IMG/VR virus record: IMGVR_UViG_3300022752_004330
Location: 32,001-96,000 of that record
DNA from: a virus
DNA: 64,000 bases
Strand: one strand, 5' to 3'
Program-made: the position numbers and the translations under genes
Notes under the pieces: generated by a model
Seen by the model: the letters and a program-made list of their open reading frames with translations, nothing else
What the model was told of the DNA's origin: nothing
Database searches by the model: none
In this document: positions 30,033 through 40,013 of the stretch, in pieces
How positions within the stretch are numbered: position 1 is the first letter of the stretch
How the letters are laid out: every line of letters starts with the position of its first letter

Positions 30033-32531
30033 TTATCTCCTATACTGCTGTTCTATCATTTCTTGATGCCTTGCATCTTGAGCTAGATTACGTAATGCTC
30101 TAACATTATCTATTGTACGTTGGTTACGATATATTTCGCGTGGTGTATAAAATGCTGCATCTTTTAACACCAAAGAAGCATAAACATTAAAACCTTGAGG
30201 GGCTAGGGCAATGGTCTCTATACCGATACCACCGGCAAGTTCATTATTGGCTACATTTCTATTCACGCTAGATAATTCTGTTTTTGGCTGATTAGAATCA
30301 GTCATTAATATACGTCCTTCAACTATTGACGTTATTGGATTTGTTCTATTAGTAATGAAATTAGCAGGATTCACTATAGAATCTAATTCTGTAGTTTTTA
30401 TTTCAACTGGATTTACCACAGTGGACTGCGTAATAGTACTTGATTCAGGTATTATTACACTGGCAGGTGCGGGCGCTGAATCTGTCATTGGTATTGTTGG
30501 TCTAAACACATTGGTTACCTGCGGACGATTGTCAATTACCGCTAGGTCAACTTGTGGTACAGTCATTAACATTGGTTCTTGCTTAGGTGTCTGTACTATG
30601 TCATTACCCTGTGGTGATTGATAGGGCGTAATTATCGCTGCTACGGTTGTTGTTTGCGTGACAATATTTTGTTGTGGTTCAGGCGCTCTAACTTGAGAGA
30701 TCAATGACCCTGTATTTGTAGGTTCGTTAGGCATTACAATTTCTACTGGTGTTGAAGTTTGTCTTTGTGCTATTGATAACTGTGGTTGAAGTGCAGCAGA
30801 AATTGAGCTTAATGTTGTATTGGTAACAGGTCCTAAATTCATCTGCGCTGCCATGGTATTAACACTGTTGGTAGTCATTGGAACATTAGCAGCTTGAGCG
30901 GCGTCAGCAGCAGCATCTGAGGCCGCTGCACCTTGCTGTTGGTTAGCGTCTGCTACAGACACAGCCTCCGATCTTGCGGCATCGGCACGAGCAATAGCTT
31001 CATTTCTAGCATTTTCACTCGCTCTTTGTGCTATAGTTTGCTCTCTACGCTGATTTGCCTGTACAAGACTTAGGGCAAATTGTGTATTGGATCTAGTCGC
31101 AGATGGTTCATTACTGGCACTAGTGTTTACCGCAGTTGCTACATTAACAGAGGGTGTAGCACCGTTGGCATTTTCTATAGTAACAGTGATTGCACCGCCT
31201 GGGGCAGATGAGCTAGAGCTAGTAGTTGCTGGTGTTAGAGCAGCTATGCGTTCTTGTTGTGCCTTAACATCTGCTATGACTTGAGTCAAGGTTGATTGAA
31301 AATTACTACAATTAGGACTATATAAACCATTAGTGTAACAAGGATCAGGAGTCCAGATAGGCCTAGTCCAACCGACCCAACCAAAATGATTCCATACATC
31401 ACTGGCCCACCATTGAACAGATCCCATGTCTAAACTATTCTTACTTTCAGTGAACAAATGCCTAGAACTAAAACTACCAGCATTATTATTACCAGATACA
31501 TACCATTGATTTTGAAACATAGTAGTATTGTTCTTATCACTTATTCTAAAGTTTATATTACCGCCACCATCGGTACGCCAATCTGTACACCAAAACAAAA
31601 AGGTATTATAACAAGCACCGTAATTATACCAATTGAATCCGTAGTCGTAGCCGTGCAATACCACACCTCCGCCAATGTGTGGCAAGGATTGAGCTATGTT
31701 ATAACTATAATAAAATGTTGGACTTTTGGCTCCTTGTAGAACATTAGAAAATCCGGCACAACTGGAATTAAATGCAGGATTTAATATACAAGGATCTACA
31801 CTATATATGGCACGGATGTATGCGTCTTTTACTTGAGGTCCATAACAGTTTGGATTACATGCCCAAAATCCCTGGTCACTTCCAATGATTTCATAATTTA
31901 CAGCACCGGCCTGAGCTAAAGGTTTTGCCCCAGCAAAGGTAACTGTTTGTGATAAAGTTTGCCAGCTGGGGTTATAGGGACTATTACCATCGTTTATGTT
32001 TTTAAGCCCTAACTGATGTGTATAAAAAGTAGGGGAACCTGTCGATGGATAGTAACCAACTTCCACTCTTAGATTGTCCTGTGTTGGATTGGCAATAAAC
32101 CCTGCCTGAGCTGTTCCATCACAATTAGTTCCTATGCTATTAGCACAGGGAAATCTATATTTTAAGCCATACATGAATCCAGTAACAAACACTGCACTAG
32201 AGTTTAAATATCCATGATTAAAACTACTTAAATTGACACTAGGGTTTTGGCCGAGTGATTCTACACCATAACCAAAAGTATAGCCATCTACACCAAATGA
32301 ACCCCCTGGACTGACCGGTGTCCAGGTAGGGCTACCAGTTGTTACAGTCCATCCCGACACCGATGATATAGAACCATTTGATATAAGATTGCCTGTTACA
32401 CTATCAATACTATAACCACTAGGCGTGTTAGGCGAAGTCTGAGCATAGACAGCACCCAAAGCCATGACGATGATAATTAAAAGGAAGATTAAAAATCCTC
32501 GAGTATGCTTATACCCGTAGTTTGGTTCCAT
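30033..32531 (-). CDS. Large secreted/membrane protein with Cys-containing modules and a low-complexity C-terminal half
   Basis: N-terminal hydrophobic segment; two DPC..N.....C motifs. Confidence 0.7.
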   Translation of the reverse strand: MEPNYGYKHTRGFLIFLLIIIVMALGAVYAQTSPNTPSGYSIDSVTGNLISNGSISSVSGWTVTTGSPTWTPVSPGGSFGVDGYTFGYGVESLGQNPSVNLSSFNHGYLNSSAVFVTGFMYGLKYRFPCANSIGTNCDGTAQAGFIANPTQDNLRVEVGYYPSTGSPTFYTHQLGLKNINDGNSPYNPSWQTLSQTVTFAGAKPLAQAGAVNYEIIGSDQGFWACNPNCYGPQVKDAYIRAIYSVDPCILNPAFNSSCAGFSNVLQGAKSPTFYYSYNIAQSLPHIGGGVVLHGYDYGFNWYNYGACYNTFLFWCTDWRTDGGGNINFRISDKNNTTMFQNQWYVSGNNNAGSFSSRHLFTESKNSLDMGSVQWWASDVWNHFGWVGWTRPIWTPDPCYTNGLYSPNCSNFQSTLTQVIADVKAQQERIAALTPATTSSSSSAPGGAITVTIENANGATPSVNVATAVNTSASNEPSATRSNTQFALSLVQANQRREQTIAQRASENARNEAIARADAARSEAVSVADANQQQGAAASDAAADAAQAANVPMTTNSVNTMAAQMNLGPVTNTTLSSISAALQPQLSIAQRQTSTPVEIVMPNEPTNTGSLISQVRAPEPQQNIVTQTTTVAAIITPYQSPQGNDIVQTPKQEPMLMTVPQVDLAVIDNRPQVTNVFRPTIPMTDSAPAPASVIIPESSTITQSTVVNPVEIKTTELDSIVNPANFITNRTNPITSIVEGRILMTDSNQPKTELSSVNRNVANNELAGGIGIETIALAPQGFNVYASLVLKDAAFYTPREIYRNQRTIDNVRALRNLAQDARHQEMIEQQYRR

Positions 32532-34000
32532 TATTTTTCAGCCACAACCTGCTTTGGTATTAGATCTGGGTTCTTGGACCAAAACTCTCTAGCCTGCTCA
32601 CCTATTAATCCGTTTACAGGGCATGGTGTACCTGCTGCCATCATAGCGTCCCATACACGACGATCCTGACACATGGTAGCCACAGCAGCCACTTTCATAC
32701 CCATGTCGTATAGAGTCTTGCTGAGTTTCAATCTTTCACAATTCATGTCACGATTGGTAGCGCCAAAACTGATACCTAATACCTGTGTTTGAGCAGCTCC
32801 AGAAACACCGGTTACACATAGGTCTGTGCCCATGCTCATCATGGCAGGAGCAATAGCAGTTGGTGGTGGTTGTATTACCTTTTGTGTAATTTCACTCTTG
32901 TTTATATTGGTGTTGACATTGTCAGTTTTTACCGTTTGGTCACTGGTACTTACACTGGTGCTAACATTGTTGTTATTATTGGTGCTGACACTGGTTGAGT
33001 TATTGATGTTACGGTTAGTCATGTCGCCAGTTTGAATATTGTTATTAGTGTTAGTGCTTTGACTGGTAGTAGTAGCTGTGGTGGTGTTGATGTTACGATT
33101 GGTCATGTCGCCAGTTTGAATATTGTTATTGGTATTAGTAGAAGTTGCGGTGCTAGTTGAATTGTTTATGTTCCGATTGGTCATGTCGCCAGTTTGTATA
33201 TTGTTGTTGGTGTTGACAGCCGTACTGGTGCTAGTTGAATTGTTTATATTACGGTACGTCATGTCACCAGTTTGAACATTATTATTGGTACTAGTATTAG
33301 TGTTGACATTGTTGTTATTATAAGTCACTGTACCACTCATGATATTTCTGTTAGTATTATCACTTGAAGTTACATTGTTATTATTATAAGTCATTGTGCC
33401 AGAATTGATATTGTTGTTTGTATTCACTGTGGTAGCGGTACTTGTGCTGGCATTGTTGTTATTATAAGTCATTGTTCCAGAATTAATATTATTGTTGATA
33501 TTGGTAGTGGTGGCGGTACTAGTACTGGTATTGGTGTTGACGTTATTATTGTTATTCGTCATTGTTCCTGAATTAACGTTGTTATTATTATAGGTAACTG
33601 TACCTGAATTAACATTATTATTGTTATAGGTCATTGTGCCAGAATTGGTATTTTGGTTAATATTTGTTAACGTACCGCTTTGAATATTGTTATTTGTATT
33701 AACGTTGGTACTGGTACTGGTATTATTGTTATTGTTGGTATTCGTGCTAGTGCTATTCACAGTACTTGTAGAAGTGTTTGTACTAGTGCTGGTGCTGAAA
33801 TTGTTAGTGGTTACTGCACTGGTGCTGTTACTGGTTGAGTTAGTGTCAACCAAACTCTTGCTATCGTAAGTCCCCTGATTAATTGGGTTTATTGTACTAG
33901 TGGTTGTGCCACTTGTGGTGCTTTGAGTGCTTGTATTCTGTGCTTGAACTATTCCAGCAGTCAGTAATAATATCACAAGTGATATTAGTTTCTTGATCAT
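32531..34000 (-). CDS. Secreted Asn/Thr-repeat protein with a Cys-rich C-terminal domain
   Basis: Signal peptide (..IVQA/Q); repeats SGTMTYNNNN and QTGDMTNRNIN; C-terminal CERLKLSKTL...MCQD...GTPCP. Confidence 0.75.
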   Translation of the reverse strand: MIKKLISLVILLLTAGIVQAQNTSTQSTTSGTTTSTINPINQGTYDSKSLVDTNSTSNSTSAVTTNNFSTSTSTNTSTSTVNSTSTNTNNNNNTSTSTNVNTNNNIQSGTLTNINQNTNSGTMTYNNNNVNSGTVTYNNNNVNSGTMTNNNNNVNTNTSTSTATTTNINNNINSGTMTYNNNNASTSTATTVNTNNNINSGTMTYNNNNVTSSDNTNRNIMSGTVTYNNNNVNTNTSTNNNVQTGDMTYRNINNSTSTSTAVNTNNNIQTGDMTNRNINNSTSTATSTNTNNNIQTGDMTNRNINTTTATTTSQSTNTNNNIQTGDMTNRNINNSTSVSTNNNNNVSTSVSTSDQTVKTDNVNTNINKSEITQKVIQPPPTAIAPAMMSMGTDLCVTGVSGAAQTQVLGISFGATNRDMNCERLKLSKTLYDMGMKVAAVATMCQDRRVWDAMMAAGTPCPVNGLIGEQAREFWSKNPDLIPKQVVAEK

Positions 34001-34073
34001 TTTCGCTCCGTATCAAAAAAATTGCACTATTATTTAAGCCAAAATCTAGGTAAAATAACTATGTATATTAGAT

Positions 34074-34448
34074 CTAAGTATATTTGAGGATAAAATATGC
34101 AATAAACAAGTAAGTTACCTGATGAGCTAACTGATCTGCCCCAAATTCTGACCAATAACGACTAGTTTGTTGATCTTTTGTACCATATTTTACCTTAAGA
34201 TAATCTATATGGTAATGAGCTATACCTTCAAAAATACTTACAAATAATATTATTAATGGGTTTATTGGATGAATTAAATTAAATGCAACCAGTGCAATAA
34301 TAGTGTAAAGCATATGGTCTAAACTATGACTAACTCCTACAAGATCGCCATATGATCCTTTTTTAATGGTTTGGTCATAGGTTTGAATACAGAAATCAGC
34401 ATACCAATGCTTGACATTTAGGAAAAATAAGAGCAGCAGGTATTCCAT
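34074..34448 (-). CDS. DUF3307 family membrane protein
   Basis: KHWYADF..Q, HSLDH, HYHIDY.K, GADQLAHQ. Confidence 0.8.
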   Translation of the reverse strand: MEYLLLLFFLNVKHWYADFCIQTYDQTIKKGSYGDLVGVSHSLDHMLYTIIALVAFNLIHPINPLIILFVSIFEGIAHYHIDYLKVKYGTKDQQTSRYWSEFGADQLAHQVTYLFIAYFILKYT

Positions 34449-34475
34449 ACTGCTATTTATATACTACTTTATTTA

Positions 34476-35957
34476 CTAATTAAAAGTAGCAGCCATAGGA
34501 ACCTTACTCTGTTGCAGTGCTGCATTTTGGTTAAATTGTGCGGGAGTTTGTAGTTCTGGCTTGTTTTTGTCTTGTTTAAAAGTTTTTGGTTTAGGTGTTA
34601 TAGAGACTAATTCGTCCAACATTTCACCAGATTCAAAATAGTTTCGCATATATCCACCTGTTACCTGACTTCTAAATTGGCAAAGTTTTACAGGTTTTTG
34701 ATTAACATTGGCTACATCTGGCCTAACAAATATCTGTATAGTCCTTCCTCTGCCTTTAGAAGGTACTTTTACAGCGAATAGGTCCAAGGATTTCATTGCA
34801 TCTACAAGACTATCACTGTATCTTAAGATTTTATATGCGCCGCTAGGAATAGTATCGTTTACCTTAACAATCTCTACGTCTTCTAAACTTTCGCCTCTAG
34901 CAAATATATTAGCAGCATTGGCTAATTGTTTAACTATTTGTGACTCTTTACCAGGATTTTGCATTTTCATTAGTGCATCTATCTTCGGGAATAAAACAGT
35001 GTCATAAAGTTTGAATAAGTTAGCTTCTAATTTTTCTTTGCTAAGTTTAGGATCAAACAATGCCTGTTTATCGGATAGGTCAATATTAAACCCGGTTTTA
35101 AAGAAATATTGTATTGCATCAAAACTTAGTCCCGAACGCTGACCTAATGTAGCAGACGAACTAGTTTTTAAACTTAATAAAGATACCTTACTGCCGTCTA
35201 TAGTCAACACCATATCGGCCTTGGTGCCTTTTGAGTCGCTTGTTCCATCTGATTTAATTTCTACTAAATTAGTATTAGGATCTTTCATTACCCGTGCTAC
35301 AGCAGCATCTACACTGTCTGATTCATTAACATAACGAACGACACCTTGTAATATACTGGCTAGATCTCCGGGTAGTGGTCCTACTCCATAGTCCATTAAA
35401 GCCTGAGCACTCTTAGCAGGAATTACAGCAAGAAAGTTTAAATTATCTGGTTTAGATTTAGTTGTATATTGAATTGTTTTTTCAACTTGAAAGTCCATAG
35501 TGCTGCGAGATTCAGCAAACTCCGGGCTTGCTTCGAACATCATTCTTCTTACTTGATCGCTAGAGACGTCTCTGTTTTGATTAATAAACCTTGCCGCTAC
35601 TGCTAACCCCATGAATAATTCATTCAGGTGTCCTGCGTTATAAAGTTTCTTGCCCATTAAACCAGTAAATGCGCCGCTTTTAAATATAGCACCCCAAGAT
35701 CCTTTGACAGTTTTTCCATTACTTAAAATGAATTCTGGCGTGGCATTAAGGTCACCTCCGCCTACAAAATTAATTAGATTATCTACAGTATCTCTTGTTA
35801 ACTCAACTGTATTCCCATATGTGCCTCGCTTGTTAGGCACAATTTCGACAGGACCTTTATCTGCTAGGTTGGCTAAAATTTCCGCATATTTTCTGCCATG
35901 TTTAAGTAATTCAGATTGGCTTAATCCTGCTTCGTATAAAAAATCACGGGCTCGCAT
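34476..35957 (-). CDS. Hypothetical late protein with a PD-(D/E)XK-like nuclease motif
   Basis: ELFMG..., KADMVL...SLLSLK; N-terminus MRARDFLYE; TAAATA upstream. Confidence 0.5.
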   Translation of the reverse strand: MRARDFLYEAGLSQSELLKHGRKYAEILANLADKGPVEIVPNKRGTYGNTVELTRDTVDNLINFVGGGDLNATPEFILSNGKTVKGSWGAIFKSGAFTGLMGKKLYNAGHLNELFMGLAVAARFINQNRDVSSDQVRRMMFEASPEFAESRSTMDFQVEKTIQYTTKSKPDNLNFLAVIPAKSAQALMDYGVGPLPGDLASILQGVVRYVNESDSVDAAVARVMKDPNTNLVEIKSDGTSDSKGTKADMVLTIDGSKVSLLSLKTSSSATLGQRSGLSFDAIQYFFKTGFNIDLSDKQALFDPKLSKEKLEANLFKLYDTVLFPKIDALMKMQNPGKESQIVKQLANAANIFARGESLEDVEIVKVNDTIPSGAYKILRYSDSLVDAMKSLDLFAVKVPSKGRGRTIQIFVRPDVANVNQKPVKLCQFRSQVTGGYMRNYFESGEMLDELVSITPKPKTFKQDKNKPELQTPAQFNQNAALQQSKVPMAATFN

Positions 35958-35967
35958 AATAGAATAT

Positions 35968-36639
35968 TTATGCTGTTTCCGGAAAGAGAATTTCGTCTAC
36001 AAACTGCTTAATTATAGATTCTTGTACACCCATAGCTATCATACTTTTTATGACTTGTGGATTTTGTTTTTGGTAATAACAATAACGATCCTGTGCCATG
36101 TGAAAATCTGCACCACAGGTCTGTGTAAGGCCTACATTAGCTAGATAGAAATCTAGTGATTTTTTAGCAGTTTCACATAACAAATCAATTTCTTTTTCAT
36201 CACTGATATTACCTGCTGCTATCATTGAAGGACTAAAAATTTGTCTAGCCCAATCCGGTAGTGTTCTAGGTTTAGTCCATTCTAAAGATTCTACGTGTTT
36301 TGTGAACCACAACATCATGTCATGATTTCTATCCCCAGCTGCGCTAAAATCATGAAAGGCTCCTGTGATTTTATTACGGCCGCATATAACATCAAATCCC
36401 CAAATAGGACTAGGATCGTTGTAATGTGGGAATATTGTAGAATGTAAAATGTAGATTCCATGCGAATCACGCTTGTCTACTATTTCTATGTGTGCTCTAC
36501 GATATCTTAGACTAGACCAAAGTGTATTTTCCCAATCGTAATTTTCGTTGAGTTTACCCTCTATTGCATCACCTGTGTCGTTAAATCTCTTTTCTAAATA
36601 TCGTGCTAATTCTTCAATTTTGTTCCAAATCACTGTCAT
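35968..36639 (-). CDS. Ferredoxin-dependent bilin reductase (PcyA/PcyX-like)
   Basis: RRAHIE, LHSTIFP, PIWGFD, GAFHDFS, R.LPDWA..IFS, Q..YC..QKQNP. Confidence 0.85.
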   Translation of the reverse strand: MTVIWNKIEELARYLEKRFNDTGDAIEGKLNENYDWENTLWSSLRYRRAHIEIVDKRDSHGIYILHSTIFPHYNDPSPIWGFDVICGRNKITGAFHDFSAAGDRNHDMMLWFTKHVESLEWTKPRTLPDWARQIFSPSMIAAGNISDEKEIDLLCETAKKSLDFYLANVGLTQTCGADFHMAQDRYCYYQKQNPQVIKSMIAMGVQESIIKQFVDEILFPETA

Positions 36640-37156
36640 AGACCCTCATCATTTTTATTGCCCAGTCAAAGGCTGTGTTTGCTTCGTCTGCAAGACTGTC
36701 ATCTAATTTGGCTCTAAGATTTGTCATAAGTTCTTTAGGATTATCAAATTCTAAACTAAGGTGAGATCCCGGTACAATACGTTTAATTGCCTGACCTCCA
36801 AACATATCTCCCATATGCCACGTATATAAATGTGCTAGAATCTTTCTAGCATTGTGTTGAATTGATTTGATATAATCATGGTATGCAATAGTGGTAGGAC
36901 GTATTTCGTATACTTTTAAATCACTATTATTAGCATTAAAATCTTGAGCCAGAGCAGGTGCTCTAGTTATTCCTCTAAGATCTTCTAATAGCAAATTTTT
37001 TAGAGCGGCAGTTTCTATTGTATTGTAGAAAATTGCCTTTTGATATGTCCAGTCGGTCCACAAAGTTAAAGGCAGGGTCCTTGCGAACACTGCCTTCATA
37101 AACGATGTAGACTCTGCTTCTTTGTGCTTATCAGCAGTTAAATCCTTTAGAGCCAT
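36614..37156 (-). CDS. Heme oxygenase (HemO/Ho1-like)
   Basis: LKDLT...H..AE, AHLYTWHMGDMFGGQ, EANTAF. Confidence 0.88.
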   Translation of the reverse strand: MALKDLTADKHKEAESTSFMKAVFARTLPLTLWTDWTYQKAIFYNTIETAALKNLLLEDLRGITRAPALAQDFNANNSDLKVYEIRPTTIAYHDYIKSIQHNARKILAHLYTWHMGDMFGGQAIKRIVPGSHLSLEFDNPKELMTNLRAKLDDSLADEANTAFDWAIKMMRVYDSDLEQN

Positions 37157-37164
37157 TTAGTTTC

Positions 37165-37473
37165 TCATTCTGGTTCTATCTTAATTACCAAAGGAAAGTT
37201 ATTTGCTCTGGCAAGATTGGATGCATCTTGTTCTTTTTGCTCGGCAATTTCAAAGGGATAAATCCCTGCTACTCCGCTGCCTGAATGATGAACTTCCATA
37301 GTTATTTGCATGGCTCTATCTTGTGTATGCCTAAACACAGTTATAAGAACACTGACAACGAACTCCATTGGCGTGACATCATCGTTACAAAAAATAACTT
37401 TAAATTTACCAGGTTCTTTAATTTTGTCAATTTGTTTTGCTTTTTTTACAACTTTTTCTGTAATAGGTTCCAT
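37165..37473 (-). CDS. clpS: Clp protease adaptor ClpS
   Basis: KVIFCNDDVTPMEFVV..L...F, VH..GSGVAG.Y..EIAE.K, FPL. Confidence 0.92.
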   Translation of the reverse strand: MEPITEKVVKKAKQIDKIKEPGKFKVIFCNDDVTPMEFVVSVLITVFRHTQDRAMQITMEVHHSGSGVAGIYPFEIAEQKEQDASNLARANNFPLVIKIEPE

Positions 37474-37489
37474 AGATTTTATCCAGGTA

Positions 37490-37515
37490 ATAGTGGGGGG
37501 CGATATCCCCCACTA
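37490..37515 (-). terminator. GC-rich hairpin after hsp20
   Basis: TAGTGGGGG-cgata-TCCCCCACTA inverted repeat. Confidence 0.55.
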
Positions 37516-37527
37516 ATATTTAACACA

Positions 37528-37953
37528 TCAGTTAATATTAATAATTCTAGGTTTTAAAGATTCTGGAATTTGTCTATTAACCTGAATGGTTAGGATACCA
37601 TCTTTACAAGTGGCTTCTCCCACAATCATATGTGCTTCAAGAGTGAAAACTCTTTCGAAATCTCTAGTAGCTAACCCTCTATGTAGATATTGTTTGCTAT
37701 CAGTTTCTTCTTCTTTTTTCTTTCCAATAATACTTAATTGGTCTTGATCTACTTGGATAGTAATATCTTCTTTGTTGAACCCTGCAATGGCAATTTCAAT
37801 TAAAAAAGTGTCATTTTCAGTTTTACAAATATTATACGGGGGATAGTTACTGGCAGAATGTTGCCAACGATTTTCAAAATCGTTAAAAATTCTATCGAAC
37901 CCGATAAGTGCTTTGTTAAAAGCATTTGTGTCAATACGCATTAATTGTGTCAT
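37528..37953 (-). CDS. Small heat-shock protein (IbpA/Hsp20)
   Basis: IGFDR, YPPYNI, IEIAIAGF, YLHRGLA.R.F.R.F.L, DGILTI. Confidence 0.92.
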   Translation of the reverse strand: MTQLMRIDTNAFNKALIGFDRIFNDFENRWQHSASNYPPYNICKTENDTFLIEIAIAGFNKEDITIQVDQDQLSIIGKKKEEETDSKQYLHRGLATRDFERVFTLEAHMIVGEATCKDGILTIQVNRQIPESLKPRIININ

Positions 37954-38005
37954 AATTTTCTCCTTTTATTAAGCAAGATAATTGCGGCCTCACCTGAGCG
38001 CCGCA
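37951..38005 (-). promoter_or_regulatory. ROSE-like RNA thermometer of hsp20
   Basis: TCTTGCT-taataaa-AGGAGA (UUGCU pairing the SD with a bulged G) preceded by a GC-rich hairpin. Confidence 0.7.
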
Positions 38006-38035
38006 GTTTTATTTTAAACTAACTGTGTCTGTCTG

Positions 38036-39931
38036 TCAAATCTTTGTTTTATCAGTTTCTTTTGTTTTTTCTTTGGCTTCTACATCAACAAACTCTTGTC
38101 CATTTGTTTCTGGAGCGGCGGGAGTTTTACTACGTTGTATATCATTAAAAGTATTACTTAATTTTAAACTTGATTCATCTATTTTTTCTTTATTATCTTC
38201 CGCCAGTGCTTCTCTTAATTCTTTTATGATATCTTCAACTTTAGCTTTTTCCTCTGCTGTAAATGTTGAATCAGCTTGTTTTAAAACACTTTCCACATTA
38301 TGTATCATACCGTCTGCCGAATTTCTTGAATTAATTTTTTCTATTTCTTTTTTATCGGCTTCAGCATTTTCTTCAGCTTCTTTAATCATTCTTTGTATTT
38401 CTGCTTCTGTCAATCCGCTGTCACTCTTAATTGTTATTTTATTTTCTTTTCCTGTGTTTTTATCTTTGGCACTTATATGCATAATACCATTAGCATCTAT
38501 GTCTACTGTAACCTCAACTTGGGGAACACCTCTTGGTGCAGGCTCAATACCTTCTAGATTAAATTCTCCTAGCAGTTTATTATAGGCAAACATTTCTCTT
38601 TCACCTTGTGCGATTTTGATTGTGACTGCAGGCTGATTATCTTCAGCTGTGCTAAATGTTCTACTTTGTTTCGTAGGAATAGTTGTATTTTTTTCTATAA
38701 GTTTATTAAACACACCACCTAGTGTTTCAATGCCTACACTTAGCGGAGTTACATCTAATAAAAGGACATCTTTCCTATCGCCTGATAATACAGCTCCTTG
38801 TATAGCGGCACCTACTGCTACTGCTTCATCTGGATTCACATCTTTTCTAGGCGACTTTCCAAAAATATCAGCAACTGCTTCTTGAACTTTAGGCATACGA
38901 GTCATGCCTCCTACAAGAATTACTTCATCTATATCACTTGGCTCGCATCCTGCATCTTTCAATGCTATTCTACAAGGTTCTAAACTACGATCAATAAGAT
39001 CTTCAACCAGATTTTCTAACTTTGTTTTTGTCATTTTAATATTCAAATGTTTAGGACCATTTGAATCTGCTGTGATATACGGGAGATTTATATCAGTTTG
39101 TTGACTACTACTTAACTCAATCTTTGCCTTTTCTGCTGCTTCTTTTAACCTTTGTAAAGCCAACACGTCTTTTGTAAGATCAATACCTTGTTCTCTCTTA
39201 AACTCATCTACTAAAAAGTCCATTATTCTTTGGTCAAAATCTTCACCACCTAAGAATGTATCACCGTTTGTAGATAATACTTCGATTTGTTTATCTGCTT
39301 CTAACTGAGCTATCTCGATAATACTTATATCAAACGTACCGCCACCTAAATCGTATACAGCAATTTTTCTATCTTTTTTCTCTTCTTTATCTACACCATA
39401 AGCCAACGCAGCAGCAGTGGGTTCATTAATGATACGAAGAACTTCCAAGCCAGCAATACGGCCAGCATCTTTAGTGGCTTGACGCTGACTATCATTAAAA
39501 TAGGCTGGAACAGTAATAACAGCTTCTGTCACTTCATGACCTAGGTAATCTTCTGCTGTTTTTTTCATTTTACGTAATACTTCAGCACTAACTTGAGGTG
39601 GCGCTACACGTTCACCATTGGCCTCAATCCATGTATCTCCATTGTCTGCTTTAACAATTTTATACGGCATGAGATTTATTTCTTTTTGTATAGATTGCTC
39701 TGTAAATTTCCGCCCAATAAGACGTTTTGCGGCATAGATAGTGTTTTTTGGATTGGTAACGGCTTGGCGTTTTGCGCTGGCACCTACAAGAATTTCTTTA
39801 TCAGTGTATGCTACTATGCTTGGGGTAGTACGTGCGCCTTCTGAATTTTCTATGACTTTTGCTGTTCCATTTTCAACAACAGCGACACAGCTATTAGTGG
39901 TACCTAGATCGATACCTATTACTTTACTCAT
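38036..39931 (-). CDS. dnaK: Chaperone DnaK (Hsp70)
   Basis: [33 protein letters not shown]. Confidence 0.96.
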   Translation of the reverse strand: MSKVIGIDLGTTNSCVAVVENGTAKVIENSEGARTTPSIVAYTDKEILVGASAKRQAVTNPKNTIYAAKRLIGRKFTEQSIQKEINLMPYKIVKADNGDTWIEANGERVAPPQVSAEVLRKMKKTAEDYLGHEVTEAVITVPAYFNDSQRQATKDAGRIAGLEVLRIINEPTAAALAYGVDKEEKKDRKIAVYDLGGGTFDISIIEIAQLEADKQIEVLSTNGDTFLGGEDFDQRIMDFLVDEFKREQGIDLTKDVLALQRLKEAAEKAKIELSSSQQTDINLPYITADSNGPKHLNIKMTKTKLENLVEDLIDRSLEPCRIALKDAGCEPSDIDEVILVGGMTRMPKVQEAVADIFGKSPRKDVNPDEAVAVGAAIQGAVLSGDRKDVLLLDVTPLSVGIETLGGVFNKLIEKNTTIPTKQSRTFSTAEDNQPAVTIKIAQGEREMFAYNKLLGEFNLEGIEPAPRGVPQVEVTVDIDANGIMHISAKDKNTGKENKITIKSDSGLTEAEIQRMIKEAEENAEADKKEIEKINSRNSADGMIHNVESVLKQADSTFTAEEKAKVEDIIKELREALAEDNKEKIDESSLKLSNTFNDIQRSKTPAAPETNGQEFVDVEAKEKTKETDKTKI

Positions 39932-40013
39932 TTTGAATTCTCCTTTGTTAAGCAAGATTATTTGAGCACCATGCTCGATGTAAAAACCTATGGCTTTTTA
40001 CATTTTTTATTTA
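39929..40013 (-). promoter_or_regulatory. Late promoter plus a three-hairpin ROSE-like leader of dnaK
   Basis: TAAATA at 40008-40013; hairpins TGTAAAAA..TTTTTACA and GAGCA..TGCTC; TCTTGCT-taacaa-AGGAGA over the SD. Confidence 0.62.

Noticed and set aside
32940-33720. Nucleotide repeats as an array or DGR template
   Set aside because: The repeats are in-frame and encode the Asn/Thr peptide repeats; no reverse transcriptase or adenine-specific variation was seen.
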